Below are positions 45,083 to 53,671 of a stretch of DNA of 64,000 nt, piece by piece. The DNA comes from Polaromonas sp. (lineage in GTDB: Bacteria; Pseudomonadota; Gammaproteobacteria; Burkholderiales; Burkholderiaceae_C). Position 1 is the stretch's first letter. Every line of letters begins with the position of its first letter. The stretch is from contig NZ_JAUYEY010000040.1 of the NCBI RefSeq assembly GCF_030689685.1, positions 367 through 64,366 of the forward strand, written 5' to 3'. Made by a program: the position numbers and the translations under genes. Below the pieces are notes generated by a model. The model was given only the letters and a program-made list of their open reading frames with translations, was not told the origin of the DNA and made no database searches.

Positions 45083-46224
45083 TCGTGCTCAAGCGCATGC
45101 AACTCGACCACCGGCACAAGTTTCAACCCGTCCCCGCGCGAGACCAGGGCTGAGCCGCCAGCCACCACCCATTTTGAAAATCCGGTGGTCACTTCGCTGG
45201 CGCAGCAGATCTGCCAGGCTTCGCTCCGCGCGTGCTCACCGAGCGCCTTGGCGGCATCCACCGCCTCGCCGCTGGCAAAGGTCAGACCTTCACCGCCATG
45301 CAGCGGGTCTTTGATATGAGCCAACGTGACCGCGCCACCGCACAGGGCAATCGTGACCGGCGAAGCAACAATATCGCCATGCGCCGGTTCGGACACCATG
45401 GCGTGAAAGGCAGCCTGGACGATTTTCTGCAGACCCAGCGCTGCACGTACCGCCAGCAAACCGGTGTTGGCTGCGCCCGCGTCGCCCGTGTCCGGAAAAA
45501 TCGCCAGCAGATCGTTGCCGGCGGGCACCAGGCGACTGGCACCAAACAGGTACAAGGTGTCACTGGCTGCCTGGTAAACGCGCCGGGTGGCGTTGAAGCG
45601 CCGGGCCTGCGGAAAGCGGTGGTTGATGCTGCTGAACAGATCCACCAGCAACACCGTCGCGTTGTCGTAGCGAACCTCCAGATTGGTGTCGTCCTGCGCG
45701 CTCCAGCGCTCATTGAGCTCCTGCATCAGGCGCTTTTCGTAGCGCAGGGACAAGGCATCTTTCTGCGCGCGCAGCGCAGTTTTCATTTTTTCAGCAAACT
45801 GACGGTCGTACTGCGCGCGCTGCACTTCCCGCTTGGCCAGCAAGGCAGCGACCGCCCGCCGCAACTCAGCCGCCCGGAAAGGCTTGGACAGGTAGTCATC
45901 GGCCCCCGCCGTCATACCGGTGCGTACATGCGCGCGTTCCGTCATGGCGGTGAGCATGATGACCGGTATGGTGGAAAGCGCGACCTCGCGTTTGAGCGCC
46001 GCCACTAGCTGGTAGCCGTTCAGCCCCGGCATGACGACATCGCAAACAATCAGTGCGGGCACATATTGGCGTGCCAGCTCCAGGCCGGTGGGGCCATCTT
46101 CTGCCTCAAGCACTTCGTAACCGGCACTGCGCAGCACAGAGCTGCTGAGCAGCCGCTGCGTCAGGTCGTCTTCAATCACCAGAATCAGCGGCGCCTGCTG
46201 CGGCAGTTCAGAGTTGTCGTCCAT
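45079..46224 (-). CDS. response regulator: REC, coiled coil, degenerate class III nucleotide cyclase domain
   Basis: REC (IEDD, VCDVVMP, KPF); cyclase-like blocks ATVLLVDL, AGNDLLAIF, AVRAALGLQ, SGEAVDAAKAL. Confidence 0.78.
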   Translation of the reverse strand: MDDNSELPQQAPLILVIEDDLTQRLLSSSVLRSAGYEVLEAEDGPTGLELARQYVPALIVCDVVMPGLNGYQLVAALKREVALSTIPVIMLTAMTERAHVRTGMTAGADDYLSKPFRAAELRRAVAALLAKREVQRAQYDRQFAEKMKTALRAQKDALSLRYEKRLMQELNERWSAQDDTNLEVRYDNATVLLVDLFSSINHRFPQARRFNATRRVYQAASDTLYLFGASRLVPAGNDLLAIFPDTGDAGAANTGLLAVRAALGLQKIVQAAFHAMVSEPAHGDIVASPVTIALCGGAVTLAHIKDPLHGGEGLTFASGEAVDAAKALGEHARSEAWQICCASEVTTGFSKWVVAGGSALVSRGDGLKLVPVVELHALEHE

Positions 46225-46234
46225 TGCGCCAGGA

Positions 46235-46705
46235 TCAGGGCCCATGGTTGCCGCCCGCGCCAGGCACCACCACCACCGTCAGCCAATAACCGGCCAACTG
46301 GCTGATGGCCTTGACAAAACTGTCAAAATCCACCGGCTTGGTGATGTAGGAGTTGCAGCGCAGGCCGTACATCTTCTGGATGTCGGCGGCCTCGTAAGAG
46401 GTGGTGAGCACCACCACCGGCAGATGCTTGAGCTTGTCGTCCTTGACGATCTCGGACAGCACCTCGTAGCCGTCCATCACCGGCATGTGCATGTCCAGCA
46501 AAATCAGATCGGGTGTGGGCACGTCGGCATACGGCCCCTCTTTGCGCAGAAACTGCAGGCACTTCATGCCGTTGTCCACATGGTGCAGATGCACGGACAG
46601 GCGGGCTGCATCAAAGGCCTCACGGGTCAGGAAAACATCGTCCTCGTTGTCTTCAACCAGCAAAATCTCGGCAAATCGGCTGTCAGCAAGCGGTGTGACT
46701 TTCAT
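46235..46705 (-). CDS. single-domain response regulator (Rcp1-like)
   Basis: ILLVEDNEDD, PDLILLDMHMP, LPVVVLTTS, NSYITKPVDF. Confidence 0.93.
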   Translation of the reverse strand: MKVTPLADSRFAEILLVEDNEDDVFLTREAFDAARLSVHLHHVDNGMKCLQFLRKEGPYADVPTPDLILLDMHMPVMDGYEVLSEIVKDDKLKHLPVVVLTTSYEAADIQKMYGLRCNSYITKPVDFDSFVKAISQLAGYWLTVVVVPGAGGNHGP

Positions 46706-48855
46706 GCGGGGCGGCTTTCTGGAAAAGTGTCCGGTAGGGTGAAGCAGAAGGTGCTTCCTTCACCCAGCGTTGATGTTAGCCATATTCTGCCGCCATGGCG
46801 CTGAACCACGCGGCGGCATATCGCAAGCCCAATGCCCGTGCCCGAATAGGCTTGTTGGGTATGCAGCCGGGTAAACACCTCAAAGATTTTCTCGTGGTGC
46901 CTGGCGTCAATGCCAATCCCGTTGTCGGTGACTGAAAATTCCCATGCGTGCTCTGTTCTGCGTGCCGACACATGCACCACTGGCGCCCTGTCGGCACAGT
47001 ACTTGATACCGTTGCCAATCAGATTGAGAAATAGCTGTACCAGTTGTGTACGGTCACCAATAATTTCCGGCAACTCGCCGCAGCTTACCCGGGCTCCGCG
47101 GCCAACAATGGCGGCATCCAGTAGTTGAAGGACTTCATCAAGCATCTCAGCACAATGCACAGGCACAAAGGGCCGTACTTCAGAATTCACCCGGGCGTAG
47201 GACAGCAAGTCCTCGGTCAGTTGCTCCAGCCTTTTGACAGCAGCAGCAGTACGGTGGATCAGTGACAGCGCCTTGTCGTCGAGCTTGTCTGCATAATTTT
47301 TTTCGAGAATCTGCACAAAGCCGCCTATCGAGCGCAGCGGTGTTTTGAGGTCGTGCGAGGCAATGTAAGCAAACTGCTGCAGGTCCAGGTTGCTGCGCTC
47401 CAACGCCTCGTGAGCGCGCACACGGGCTGTGACATCGCGCAGGATCACCGAGAAAACCTTGCCCTCAGCGGTATCGAGCTGTGAAATCGCGGCCTCGATC
47501 GGAAACTCGTCGCCGCTGGCACGCTGGCCGTAAATCAGGGTGCCGCCGCCCATGCTTCGCGATGTTGTGCCCAGGGCAGAAAACCGTCCGACGTGCTCGG
47601 CATGGGCGGTACGAAAGCGCTCAGGTATCAGCATTTCCAGCCGCTTGCCGAGTACCTGTTCGAGCGGCCAGCCAAATATTCGCTCGGCGGCACGGTTGTA
47701 CAGGACGATGCGCTGATCTGCGTCCACCGTGATGATGGCGTCCATGGCCGACTCCAGGATGCCGCGCATACGCGCCTCGCTGGCTGACAGCGCTTGTCCC
47801 GACTGAGCCAGAACTGCGGATGCCTTGCTGATGGCCCTGGCGACTTCATCGACTTCCCGGATGGGCAGCGCAGGCAAAACCACGGCCTGACCGTAGCCCA
47901 GTTTTTCAGCCGCAGACCGCAGCGCGTGAATAGCCCAGGCGATGCGCCCGCCCAGAACCCAGGCCAAACCCAGGCTGCCAGCGAGCAGCAACGCGGCAAA
48001 ACCAGCGAGCAACCAGAGCGAACGCCACAAGTCGGCGGTCAGACTTTCAATCGGCGTAGCAATGGCCACACTCCAGCCCGACTTGGCCGAACGCGCATAA
48101 ACGACCAGAGCAGGTATGCCTTCCAGCGTGACGAGTTCAAACGCGCCCTGATTACGTTCTTTCAGCCGCTCAACCAAGCCCGGCGCCACACTTTTTCCGA
48201 CGAAGCGCTCGATCTCGTGAGTGCGCCCCACCACCTTGGCAGACGCATCGGCAATCACAGCAATCCGGTCTGGCGGCAGCCCTTGGGCCTGCAATATCTT
48301 TTGAAAATGTGCGGGAAGCAGCACGCCAACCAGGGAGTGGGTGAGGCCAGTACCAGCACCCACGCGGACAGGAAGCGCCACATTGATGACGAACCTGCCG
48401 AGAAGTGGCCCAAAAAACAGATTGGAGATGTCCGTCCGGCCTGATGAAAGAACACGCTCAAGCTGGGCCAGGTTGGCGGTTTTGGGCAAGGCTTGCCCAA
48501 AAACCCCGGCTGTGTTGAGTAGCTGCTGACCGCCCGCATCAATCAACACAAAATTGTTCACGTAGTGGTCGGCCAGTACCTCGGTGGCTTGCGCATGAAA
48601 GGCCCGCAGGTCTTGCTGCGCCAGCGACGGTGACGTGGACAAGGCTCGCAAAGACCTTTCAACGCCCTCGAACTCCCGGTCCACCGCCAACACCAACACC
48701 CGCGCGGTTGTGAGCAAGTCCTGTACCAGGCGCTCACGCCCACGCTGATAGTCGTAATAAAAAAGTACGGCAGCCAGCAACACAGCCGGAATCAGGCAAA
48801 CCGCCACCAAGCCAGCCAGCCTAGAACGTATCGACGGAATCGACTTTGATTTCAA
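46702..48855 (-). CDS. membrane sensor kinase Cache-HAMP-PAS-HisKA-HATPase (Cph1/BphP-type kinase core)
   Basis: Two TM helices flanking a Cache-like domain; PAS; ASHDLKTPLR; GTGIGLAIC; start uncertain (ORF open from 48942). Confidence 0.92.
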   Translation of the reverse strand: MKSKSIPSIRSRLAGLVAVCLIPAVLLAAVLFYYDYQRGRERLVQDLLTTARVLVLAVDREFEGVERSLRALSTSPSLAQQDLRAFHAQATEVLADHYVNNFVLIDAGGQQLLNTAGVFGQALPKTANLAQLERVLSSGRTDISNLFFGPLLGRFVINVALPVRVGAGTGLTHSLVGVLLPAHFQKILQAQGLPPDRIAVIADASAKVVGRTHEIERFVGKSVAPGLVERLKERNQGAFELVTLEGIPALVVYARSAKSGWSVAIATPIESLTADLWRSLWLLAGFAALLLAGSLGLAWVLGGRIAWAIHALRSAAEKLGYGQAVVLPALPIREVDEVARAISKASAVLAQSGQALSASEARMRGILESAMDAIITVDADQRIVLYNRAAERIFGWPLEQVLGKRLEMLIPERFRTAHAEHVGRFSALGTTSRSMGGGTLIYGQRASGDEFPIEAAISQLDTAEGKVFSVILRDVTARVRAHEALERSNLDLQQFAYIASHDLKTPLRSIGGFVQILEKNYADKLDDKALSLIHRTAAAVKRLEQLTEDLLSYARVNSEVRPFVPVHCAEMLDEVLQLLDAAIVGRGARVSCGELPEIIGDRTQLVQLFLNLIGNGIKYCADRAPVVHVSARRTEHAWEFSVTDNGIGIDARHHEKIFEVFTRLHTQQAYSGTGIGLAICRRVVQRHGGRIWLTSTLGEGSTFCFTLPDTFPESRPA

Positions 48856-49231
48856 GAATTTCCAGCCTGTTTTTTTGTTCCGCAAGCGTAGTCGCAATCG
48901 CCAGCCCGGACAAGGGAACAAGCCCCCAGCCTGCGGTGGCACAGGGTGGGGCTGCTGACTTGAAGACCTCTTTCATCGCGGTGGAGGTCTGCAGCGCATG
49001 ATCGGCAATTTGCGCCAATGCCAGTGAAGCCAGCGCATAGGTGCCGCTGATCACCCCCTTGTAGGCCACTTCAGCAGCCACTGCGTCCTGGCCCAGGCCT
49101 TCGGTAGCGGCCACGATACAGGCTTCAATGCCGAGACATCCCGCGTCGCTATACAGCGCTTCATCTTCGTAACTCACGCGGCAGCCGTACTGGTCCGGTC
49201 CGTCCGGGTCACTGTAGAACCGCACCATCAT
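48821..49231 (-). CDS. hypothetical protein, possibly C-terminal read-through
   Basis: Protein-like N-terminal ~90 aa (MMVRFYSDPDGPDQYG...); the tail crosses a hairpin and overlaps the kinase start. Confidence 0.5.
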   Translation of the reverse strand: MMVRFYSDPDGPDQYGCRVSYEDEALYSDAGCLGIEACIVAATEGLGQDAVAAEVAYKGVISGTYALASLALAQIADHALQTSTAMKEVFKSAAPPCATAGWGLVPLSGLAIATTLAEQKNRLEILEIKVDSVDTF

Positions 49232-49272
49232 GCTTATTGATCTTTCCAAATACACGGGCAGTGATGGGACGG

Positions 49273-49311
49273 CTCTCACCCTCGCCCTTTGGGAGAGGGA
49301 CGGGGTGAGGG
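49273..49311 (-). repeat. REP-type palindrome
   Basis: Minus strand CCCTCACCCCGTCCCTCTCCCAAAGGGCGAGGGTGAGAG. Confidence 0.75.
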
Positions 49312-49333
49312 ATTGAGCGTTCCGACTGTCATG

Positions 49334-49443
49334 AGTTTTGAAACGCTCAATAGCTCCTGGCGTACAAGGACGCACTATCTGCTATCAAATAAATAGCTGG
49401 TTACGCCCGTCATACAAGGGCTACAGCCCGAAATTCCTCAAAA
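49334..49443. repeat. GCTAY-N7-RTAGC element, copy J, arms on both sides
   Basis: Core GCTATCAAATAAATAGC at 49381-49397 with arm-like sequence in both directions. Confidence 0.75.
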
Positions 49444-50788
49444 CACCCAGCCCGGCCATGCGCCCGCTGGCCAAGCAGGCACTCAGCAGATAGCCGCCAG
49501 TGGGCGCTTCCCAGTCGAGCATTTCACCGGCGCAAAACACCGGCGGGTCGAGGCCGGGTGGCACCACTATTTTCAGCGTCGCGTCGAGTGATTCAAACAA
49601 CACACCACCGGCACTGCTGATGGCCTCGTCGATGGGGCGCGCGGCCACCACACGCACCGGCAGCGCCTTGATGGCACGGGCTAGCTGCACCGCATCGTTC
49701 ATCGCTTCCTTGCCCAGTAGCTCGTGCAGCATCGCGGCCTTGATCCCTTCGATGCCGAGTCGGCTCTTGAGGTGGCTGGACAGCGAGCGCGAGCCGCGCG
49801 GGTGCCGCACCTCGACCAGCACCTGCTCCGGCAACTTGTCCGGCAGTAGGTCCAGATGGAAGGTGGCGCTGCCGTTCAGCACAATTTCACCGCGCAGCAA
49901 GCTGGAGGCAGCGTAGATGAGGCTGCCTTCCACGCCGGTGGCAGTCGCAACAAACTCGCCTTTGCGGGCGAAGCTGCGACCGCGTGAATCGGTGAAAACA
50001 ATGGCGACCGACTTGAAGGGCTGACCCGCAAAGCGGCTGGCGAAATGGTCGGTCCAGCCCGGCTGCTGGAACGAGCCCTGGCCGATCAACTCGCGGAAAA
50101 ACTCGCGGCGGGTTTCGCCCTGCTGCGCGACTGCCAGCGCGTGCGGCTCCGGTCCCACGTCAAAGCCGCAGTTCGCCGGTTGCAGCGGCGCCACCGCCAC
50201 GCCGCGTTGGGCCAGCAGTGACACCCAGGCACCGTCCGAGCCCAGGCGCGCCCAACTGCCGCCGCCCAGCGCCAGCACCACCGCGTCGACCTGGAAGCTT
50301 GTCTCGCCGGCCGGTGTTTCAAATTTCAGCGAACCATCTTCTGCCCAGCCCAGCCAGCGGTGCCGCATCGCGAACTTCACGCCGGCAGCGCGCAGCCGGT
50401 GCAGCCAGGCACGCAGCAGCGGGGCCGCTTTCATGTCTTTGGGGAACACCCGGCCCGAGCTGCCGACAAAGGTGTCCACCCCCAGCGCCTGCGCCCAGGC
50501 ACGCAGCTCGGTCGGGCCGAAGGCGGCCAGCAGCGGCTGTAGTTGCGCACTGCGCTCGCCATAACGACCGAGAAAAGCCTCGGGCCCTTCCGAATGTGTG
50601 AGGTTCAACCCGCCCTTGCCGGCCAGCAGAAACTTGCGGCCCACTGAAGGCATGGCGTCGTAAACCTGAACCTGTAGTCCGGGCACGCCGGCGCCGGCCA
50701 GCACCTCGGCAGCCATCAGGCCGGCGGGGCCGCCGCCGATGACGGCCACACGCAGCGGGGAAGCGGAAGAAGAAGGTAGGTCGTTCAA
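49421..50788 (-). CDS. NAD(P)/FAD-dependent flavoprotein (HI0933/TIGR03862-like)
   Basis: IGGGPAGL, GRKFLLAGKGGLNLTH, GSSGRVFP, GEMLDWEAPTGGYLL; start inferred. Confidence 0.93.
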   Translation of the reverse strand: MNDLPSSSASPLRVAVIGGGPAGLMAAEVLAGAGVPGLQVQVYDAMPSVGRKFLLAGKGGLNLTHSEGPEAFLGRYGERSAQLQPLLAAFGPTELRAWAQALGVDTFVGSSGRVFPKDMKAAPLLRAWLHRLRAAGVKFAMRHRWLGWAEDGSLKFETPAGETSFQVDAVVLALGGGSWARLGSDGAWVSLLAQRGVAVAPLQPANCGFDVGPEPHALAVAQQGETRREFFRELIGQGSFQQPGWTDHFASRFAGQPFKSVAIVFTDSRGRSFARKGEFVATATGVEGSLIYAASSLLRGEIVLNGSATFHLDLLPDKLPEQVLVEVRHPRGSRSLSSHLKSRLGIEGIKAAMLHELLGKEAMNDAVQLARAIKALPVRVVAARPIDEAISSAGGVLFESLDATLKIVVPPGLDPPVFCAGEMLDWEAPTGGYLLSACLASGRMAGLGVLRNFGL

Positions 50789-50833
50789 GAAAAGTCCGTC
50801 TGCACAAGGGGGCAATGGGTGAAGCACAACAGC

Positions 50834-51000
50834 CTAGTACTGCAACCCGGAAGTAGCGAGACAAAATGAAAGTGATGGCTTCGTGCCCAGGGCAAGGCGC
50901 AAGCCGCAGCGAAGGCTGTGCGCCTTCGCAAGGGTTGCAACGCCGCCATGGGTGCGAAGACGCGCTTTCATGTTTCGATATTTTCGGGTTGCAGTACTAG
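50834..51000. mobile_element. MITE, 167 bp, CTAG-bounded
   Basis: CTAGTACTGCAACCCGGAAGTAGCGA / TCGATATTTTCGGGTTGCAGTACTAG imperfect terminal IR extending about 60 bp. Confidence 0.85.
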
Positions 51001-51020
51001 GGGTCCAGACCATCCGTGAT

Positions 51021-51083
51021 GCTCTGTTTTTGATAGCTACTCAGGCACAACCAGAAAGGGCTACAGTCTAAAAGGCTTGAAAA
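51021..51083 (+). repeat. GCTAY-N7-RTAGC element, copy K
   Basis: GCTCTGTTTTTGATAGC-TACTCAGGCACAACCAGAAAGGGCTACAGTC. Confidence 0.75.
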
Positions 51084-51242
51084 CTGCGGAAAAGGCGGTT
51101 CTCGCGGGCTGCGCACCCATTATTGCAGGCCACCGGCCACACCTGCATCACACCGCTGCCAGTCGCCACTCCCGGCACTGGACTCGGAGCCTGTGAACAA
51201 ATAGCGGCACGAATGCTGCATGTCTTTTGGCAGCACGCACGG

Positions 51243-51464
51243 CTAACTGACGATGCACTTCCTGCCGGGGTACGCGCCGGATCTGAACCCGATGAGTTGG
51301 CGTGGAGCCACGCCAAGCGCAGCGCCAGCAAACGAGGACCGATCAAGACGGGCGAGAAAATGCAGGCGCAGGTTGATGAGGAACTGACCAAGATCAAGGA
51401 AAACCCAGCACTGGTCAGGCAGTTCTTTAAACATCCAACTGTCGCCTATAGTTTTGACTTATGA
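51243..51464 (+). pseudogene. IS630-family transposase C-terminal remnant
   Basis: LTMHFLPGYAPDLNP, frameshift, DELAWSHAKR...VRQFFKHPTVAY. Confidence 0.85.
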
Positions 51465-51474
51465 GTAAGAATGG

Positions 51475-51645
51475 CGATCATGAGCCCCTGATGCCTTTTG
51501 TCAGGGAGTCGATTCGTCCCGGCGCGGTGATTCATAGTGACGGATCACCGGCCTACAGAAAGCTTGACGACATCGGATATGGACACCGCAGAACGGTTCA
51601 TCTTGGATCGGACACGCCAGCCCAAGAATCGATGCCAGCCGTTCA
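51475..51645 (+). pseudogene. IS1595-family transposase internal remnant
   Basis: LMPFVRESIRPGAVIHSDGSPAYRKL...GYGHRR (ISXO2-like DDE segment). Confidence 0.78.
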
Positions 51646-51781
51646 CCCAGGTTGTGTAAACCTGAAAGCATCGCAAATGTTCAAATTGAAATTCAAATCG
51701 TGGACACCGATGAATCGCTTGAAACCCCCGTCAGTATTGGCTTCGCAGCCTTGCTGGCTCATTTAAACCGGACACTACTGC

Positions 51782-52657
51782 ATGAAAATAAATTCTGAAG
51801 ATTTCCGTGTGCAGGCAGGCAAGAAGGTCAAACTCAAGAAGTGGCCGACCATGGTGAAGCCAGTCTACCAGTCCAAGGAGCAGTATCAAAAACTCCTGGC
51901 GGAGCATGTTGCGCAACTGAGCGCCTTGCAACAACTGCAATACGCATCCAACAGTTATGCCGTGCTGCTGATTTTTCAGGCGATGGATGCCGCCGGAAAA
52001 GACGGCGCCATCAAGCATGTGATGTCCGGCGTCAACCCGCAAGGCTGTCAGGTTTTCAGTTTCAAACATCCGAGTGCTGCGGAGCTGGAGCACGATTTTC
52101 TATGGCGCACTACCCAGTGTCTGCCGGAGCGCGGCCGAATCGGCATCTTCAACCGGTCCTATTACGAGGAGGTGCTGATCGTTCGCGTGCATCCGGAGAT
52201 TCTGCGCAGCGAGGGCGTGCCGGGTGAGTTGCTCGACGAGAAAACTATCTGGCAGGAGCGCTATCGTTCCATTGTGGACTTGGAGAATCATCTCACCCGT
52301 AACGGCACGCGGATCATCAAATTCTTTCTTTATCTGTCTAAGGAGGAACAGCGCAAGCGCTTCCTCGATCGCATCGACGAACCGGAAAAGAACTGGAAAT
52401 TCAGCCTTGCCGACCTTACGGAGAGGAAATTCTGGAACGAATACATGTTGGCCTACGAGGAATGCCTGAGCGCCACCAGCACGCGCAATGCGCCCTGGTA
52501 TGTCGTTCCGGCCGACGACAAAGAGAACGCGAGGCTGATTATTTCTCAGATCATTCTCGACACGCTCGAGGCGCTCAAGATGCGCTACCCTGAAACTGAC
52601 GCAAAACGTCGACAGGAATTGCAGGCTATTCGCAAACAGCTTGCGAAGCAAAATTGA
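51782..52657 (+). CDS. ppk2: polyphosphate kinase 2 family protein (probably class III)
   Basis: [11 protein letters not shown] Walker [38 protein letters not shown]. Confidence 0.95.
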   Translation: MKINSEDFRVQAGKKVKLKKWPTMVKPVYQSKEQYQKLLAEHVAQLSALQQLQYASNSYAVLLIFQAMDAAGKDGAIKHVMSGVNPQGCQVFSFKHPSAAELEHDFLWRTTQCLPERGRIGIFNRSYYEEVLIVRVHPEILRSEGVPGELLDEKTIWQERYRSIVDLENHLTRNGTRIIKFFLYLSKEEQRKRFLDRIDEPEKNWKFSLADLTERKFWNEYMLAYEECLSATSTRNAPWYVVPADDKENARLIISQIILDTLEALKMRYPETDAKRRQELQAIRKQLAKQN

Positions 52658-52683
52658 TGTAGCAATAAATCGGGGATATATGT

Positions 52684-53496
52684 ATGACAGCATTTCGCAA
52701 AAGTCGGCATAGCGCGGCGCAGCAGGCACGGATGGTTCAGAAGCGGGTATCTCCTGACTTCCTGGATCCGGTGCACGAGTGGCGTCGTCTCTTCGCCGAG
52801 ACTTGGGGCACGTTCCTGCTGGTTCTCGTCGCAGCGGGGGGCGGGGTGGTTGCTGCCAAAAGCGGCGGCGCTGTCACCCTGGGCATGATAGTGGTTGCGC
52901 CCGGGCTCATGGTGATGGCGATCATCTACTTTATGGGCACCGTGAGCGGCGCGCATCTGAACCCGGCAGTCACCTTGGCATTCGCGGTGCGGCGCAACTT
53001 CCCGTGGCGCCGGGTGCCGGGCTACGTCCTGGCACAGATGGTCGGCGGTATCGCGGCGGCGCTCTTCCTGCGGACCATGTTCGGCAACGTCGGCGCGCTG
53101 GGCGCGACGGTGCCGGGCAGCGGTATCAGCAGCGGGACAGCGTTGGCGATGGAGGTGGTGTTGACAGCCGGATTGGTGAACACGATCCTGGGCACGGCCT
53201 CGGGGGCGCGCAACATCGGCACCAACGGCGCCATCGCGGTGGGTGGGTACATTGCTCTGGCGGGTCTTTGGGCGGCACCGATCAGCGGCGCCTCGATGAA
53301 TCCGGTGCGATCATTGGCGCCGGACCTGGTGCGGGGCGACCTTGGCACGGCGTGGATCTATTTGGTGGGGCCGGTCCTGGGCGCCCTGATCGGGGTCGCC
53401 TTCGAGTGGATACTCAAGGGCAAGCCCACCGCCGCCGGCGCAATGGCGGCGCAAGGCTCCCTCGGCGTCGATGATTCGACGCAGACACGTGAGTAA
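52684..53496 (+). CDS. MIP family channel (aquaporin/NIP-like)
   Basis: SGAHLNPAVT and SGASMNPVRS; six TM helices. Confidence 0.95.
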   Translation: MTAFRKSRHSAAQQARMVQKRVSPDFLDPVHEWRRLFAETWGTFLLVLVAAGGGVVAAKSGGAVTLGMIVVAPGLMVMAIIYFMGTVSGAHLNPAVTLAFAVRRNFPWRRVPGYVLAQMVGGIAAALFLRTMFGNVGALGATVPGSGISSGTALAMEVVLTAGLVNTILGTASGARNIGTNGAIAVGGYIALAGLWAAPISGASMNPVRSLAPDLVRGDLGTAWIYLVGPVLGALIGVAFEWILKGKPTAAGAMAAQGSLGVDDSTQTRE

Positions 53497-53671
53497 GATG
53501 GCATCTTCGCGAGTCGACGACGTGATTCCTTGATCGGAAATCGATTGCCGCAGCCCATGGCTTGGAGGTGACGCCGCCGATGCGTTGGCCTACACAGGTA
53601 CAAAACTGGCAGGGGCGGCTAAGACTTCTTTTTGAACCGCAAGGCAAGCGCACTCTTCTATAGGGCTTTGG

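Noticed and set aside
41084-51800. attL/attR duplication of the ffs 3' end
   Set aside because: No second copy of the ffs 3' end was found, so site-specific integration is unsupported.
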